From the human T2T-CHM13v2.0 reference genome, Homo sapiens, in assembly GCF_009914755.1 (NCBI RefSeq), contig NC_060934.1: a stretch of 64,000 nucleotides of DNA; one strand, 5' to 3'. The position numbers and the translations under genes were made by a program. Under the pieces are notes generated by a model. It made no database searches. It worked only from the letters and a program-made list of their open reading frames with translations, and had not been told where the DNA came from. Below are positions 56,654 to 64,000 of this stretch, piece by piece; position 1 is the stretch's first letter, and every line of letters starts with the position of its first letter.

Positions 56654-57899
56654 ATCATCTGTATCATTTGTAATATCCTTTATAATAAATTGGAAAACAT
56701 AAGCATATGTTTCTCTGAGCTCTGTAAGCCACGCCAGAAAATTAATCAAACCCAAAGACAGGGGCATGGGAACCCCAACTTAGGCCAGTTGGTCAGAAGT
56801 TCCAGAGCCCTGGATGGACTTAAGACTGGTTGGGGAGGCAGTCTTGGGGATTGAGCCCTCAACCTATGGGATCTGACACTATCTCCAGGTAGATGTATCA
56901 GAATTGAATTGGAAGACACAGAGTTGGTGTCCACTGTAGAATTAATTGCTTGCTTTGTGGTAAAGAGAAACCCTCACACATCTGTTCACAGAGGTCTTCT
57001 CTGTGTTGATAGTTATTGTGGTAGTGGTGTGAAAGCAAAAGGAAATCACAGTTTGAGAGTTTTTTCCCAAACACCTTATGTTCCAGAGCCTTGCAGGTTG
57101 ACTCATTAAAGTCATGCTCAGGCTCACCCAAGTCTGATTTGTAAACCAGAGAATTAATTTGCTAATTTACAGTGATTCAGATTCAGCTGCCATTTGTTTT
57201 GAGCACGTTACATGTCAAACACTGAGCTTGAGGCTTTCTCACCAATGATCTCATTTAAGCCTCTCAGCAGCAGTCAGTAGATGTCCCCAGAGGAAAGCCT
57301 ATTCAGAAAAATGAATAAGGTTTATAAAGTTTCTTAGAAATACCAAGCCAAGGCAAAGAGAACTGGATGATCTGTGGAGATTATCTTGAAGTAGGAGGAT
57401 GCTCTTGAATCTTTGCTCTCTACATATATCTGCTTACGGGTCAGTTCCTAGCAAGGAAACCCAGCCTCTTCCTCACTGTCTTTGCTGAACCCCCACTAAT
57501 CAAAGTCTTCTCACATTTTTCAGTATTTCATGCTGCCATTTTGTGCCTTCCTATGGCATCTTATTCCCTCACTTACAACTAGACTGCTTCTCTAGAAGGA
57601 ATCTAGACACAGCTTGCTTTTCTTACTACAGTAGAATGTCCTCCATCTCCTAAATAGATGCAAAACTCTTTCTTGAATCTGACTTATATCACTTTCTACA
57701 ATAGGAGACCTGACTATTTGTTTCTGGGGAAAATACCTGGAGCTTTTCTGCACCTATGCTGACAACAAACTGTGTCCTTTCTGTAGCTCCAGGCATGGCA
57801 TGAAGGTGTGGGAGGGAGCAGTGGCATAGAGAGATTCAAACTTTTATAGCTATAATCACATAAGAAAAAACTGGCTCATGTGTATAAGTTTGGTATTTT

Positions 57900-58460
57900 A
57901 ATTTATTTATTTATTTAAGTGTTTATGCAGTGCCATGCATTGAGTATACAGAAATGAATAAGGCACATTGCTCTCAAAGAATTCATTGTCCGGTAGAGAA
58001 TACAAACATGTAAGGAAATAATTTCAATACAGTGAGCTAACGGTTAATTGAAATATGGACATGGTGCCATCAGAGAATTGAGGTTGAGGAAATTGTGTCT
58101 ACATGGTCAGGGAAAGTCTCACAGCTAAGATGACCTTTAAGAAGTTTTAAATTAAGGACAGAAGTTCACTGGACAGGAAAAAGGGGGGCGGTGGGAGGAG
58201 GCATGTGGAGGAATGTTAAGGAAAAGCATTCCAAGCAGAAGGGACAGAAGCATAAAACAGCATAGGAATTTTAAAAAGGTATGAGATATTGGCATGCCTA
58301 TAGCAATTTATATGAGTGGAAATGAAGCTGAGAGTTAGGCAGGGTCTTATCAAAATTGACTCCTATTATTAAGATTAGAAATTTGAATTACATTCAGTAA
58401 ACAGTAGGTATTGAACTTAAGCAATGTAATGTCATTTGTGTTTTTAAAAGATGACTTTTA
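57900..58460 (-). mobile_element. L2 3' fragment
   Basis: atttatttaagtgtttatgcagtgcc...aaatgaataaggcac...gcattccaagcagaagggacag. Confidence 0.65.
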
Positions 58461-58674
58461 TAGTATTACAATTTGGAGAAGTTATTTTGCCTTGTAACTG
58501 ATAACTAAAATTAATATATAAATGGTAATATTTGTTTTAAGGAGGTTTTTAATTTTATCCCAATGTGTTTAAAATGTTATTTTGATAATATTATAGTTAT
58601 TTTGTAATATATTTTCTTCCCTTATTATAGTCTTCCCTGACATACCCACAACTTAATATATAGTATAAACCTCT

Positions 58675-58870
58675 GTTGTAGTGGGAAGAGGGCTGAACCT
58701 AGAAACAGAAAATGGTTCTGAGACCCTACCCTTCTTCTTTCTGGCTTTGTGTCCTTGGGCAAGTCACTTAACTTCTCTGAAACTCAAGTTCCTTATCAGT
58801 GAAAGGGGGATATTGATACTCAAATTCTGGTTTGTTTTGAGGATTAAATTAAAGAAAATGTGAGCTATCT
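58675..58870 (+). mobile_element. MIR
   Basis: tgtgtccttgggcaagtcacttaacttctctgaaactcaagttccttatcagtgaaagggg. Confidence 0.8.
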
Positions 58871-59915
58871 CTTGGACCTAAAAGGACTTCATAAAAGTAT
58901 AGAAATATATATGTACTCTCTATATACAATTTTATATATGTATAAGTTATATATTTTTATATAAATTATATATATATATTATTGTATAAAACATATATAT
59001 TTATTTTTCTTTCCCCAGGGCTCTCCTTCAGGAATTTCGATTCTTGATATCCATGATGAAGTCAGATGATATTTAAGAAACCCTACTGATCCTGACCTGG
59101 CCAACTTAGATGTCTGCCTTTCTTTTCTGCATGAAACCATTAAGACTCAGAGAGTGATAATTAGTGATGAAGCTGTAACTAAAGTCTGGACTCCTAGAAC
59201 AGTGTACTTTCATTAATTCAGAAATGGTCTAGAATGGCTTCATAAACAGCAAGCTGAAACCACATTCAAAATTACAACTTACATGAGTGGTATTAATATG
59301 TATGGAATAGATCTTGATGCCTTGATCCAAAGGTACTGACTTGCTATTTGAATAAAAGGGGAAATCTGATGGTTAGAGAGGGTAACATATATCCCAACTC
59401 CTTTTCCCCTTGATGGAAGAAGTTAGGTCTCTTCCTTACTACAAACTATGCTGTAAACTCTTAACTATTTCTGGTGCCATCAAGTGATTAAAGATTGATT
59501 TGCTTGAAGTGAAAGCATCCTAATTGAATAATAATCCAGTTAAGATAAACAATAAATAACCAATATTGTCTTTGTGGTGGAATTTTCACTAGCAAGACTC
59601 TAGATAATATGGCAAATACGTTTTTAAAATGCAGCTTTTCAAAAAAGTAAACAAAACCCCACTTTTGTGTTTTTAAATTAATTTTTAATTAATTTTGTGT
59701 TTTTAAATTAAGATTCAAAAACTAGATTGAATAGAGTAAGTGAATTTAAGTAAGATCATTCAGGTGGAAAAGGGGAAATTTCTTTGCTAGTCTATAATAA
59801 AAATTCAGAGTAAGAAGTTTGATTTTGGAGAAAACGGTGGGATAGATTCTCAAATCAATCTCCTGAGGAAGGAATAGCAAAAATACAAAGAGAATGTATC
59901 TTTAAAAAACTCCTT

Positions 59916-64000
<4,085 letters not shown>

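Larger units (their letters stand above)
55778..57073 (+). mobile_element. MER21A LTR containing an expanded TA/CA repeat and an Alu
   Basis: tgtggtgtta...ggttttcatccacagttcctg...cccagggagggcatggaagctcc...tgggatctgacactatctccaggtagat...cccaaaca; TSD CCTTC/CCTTA. Confidence 0.88.

Overview
AT-rich primate (hominoid, most likely human) genomic DNA. By eye, well over half of it is transposon-derived. I find no supportable protein-coding gene, RNA gene or processed pseudogene: every long ORF is LINE-1, Alu, LTR or mariner sequence, or a microsatellite artefact. The window holds about 13 LTRs (LTR7, LTR12, LTR18B, MER4 x2, MER61 with internal sequence, MER21A, THE1, MST, MLT1 x4). It also holds a full-length dead HSMAR2, Tigger3, MER58A x2, MER46C, MADE1, six Alu/FLAM copies, several L1s, HAL1, L2 and MIR. 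LTRs and L1s lie on both strands, which fits intergenic or lncRNA DNA better than an intron of a highly expressed gene. I cannot claim a new biological system. Best leads: (1) a tail-less, twin-primed L1 with an apparent target-site duplication (TSD), hosting a solo LTR7 and a de novo Forkhead-motif array; (2) a cluster of strong minus-strand splice signals at 7.07-7.79 kb, including a recursive-splice-like AG|GTAAGT site; (3) several templated-repair scars, including an exact 43-bp copy taken from 1.64 kb away and a perfect 18-bp foldback. Family names come from my recall of consensus sequences, not a database search. Boundaries of the old elements (L2, MIR, L1M, HAL1) are approximate.
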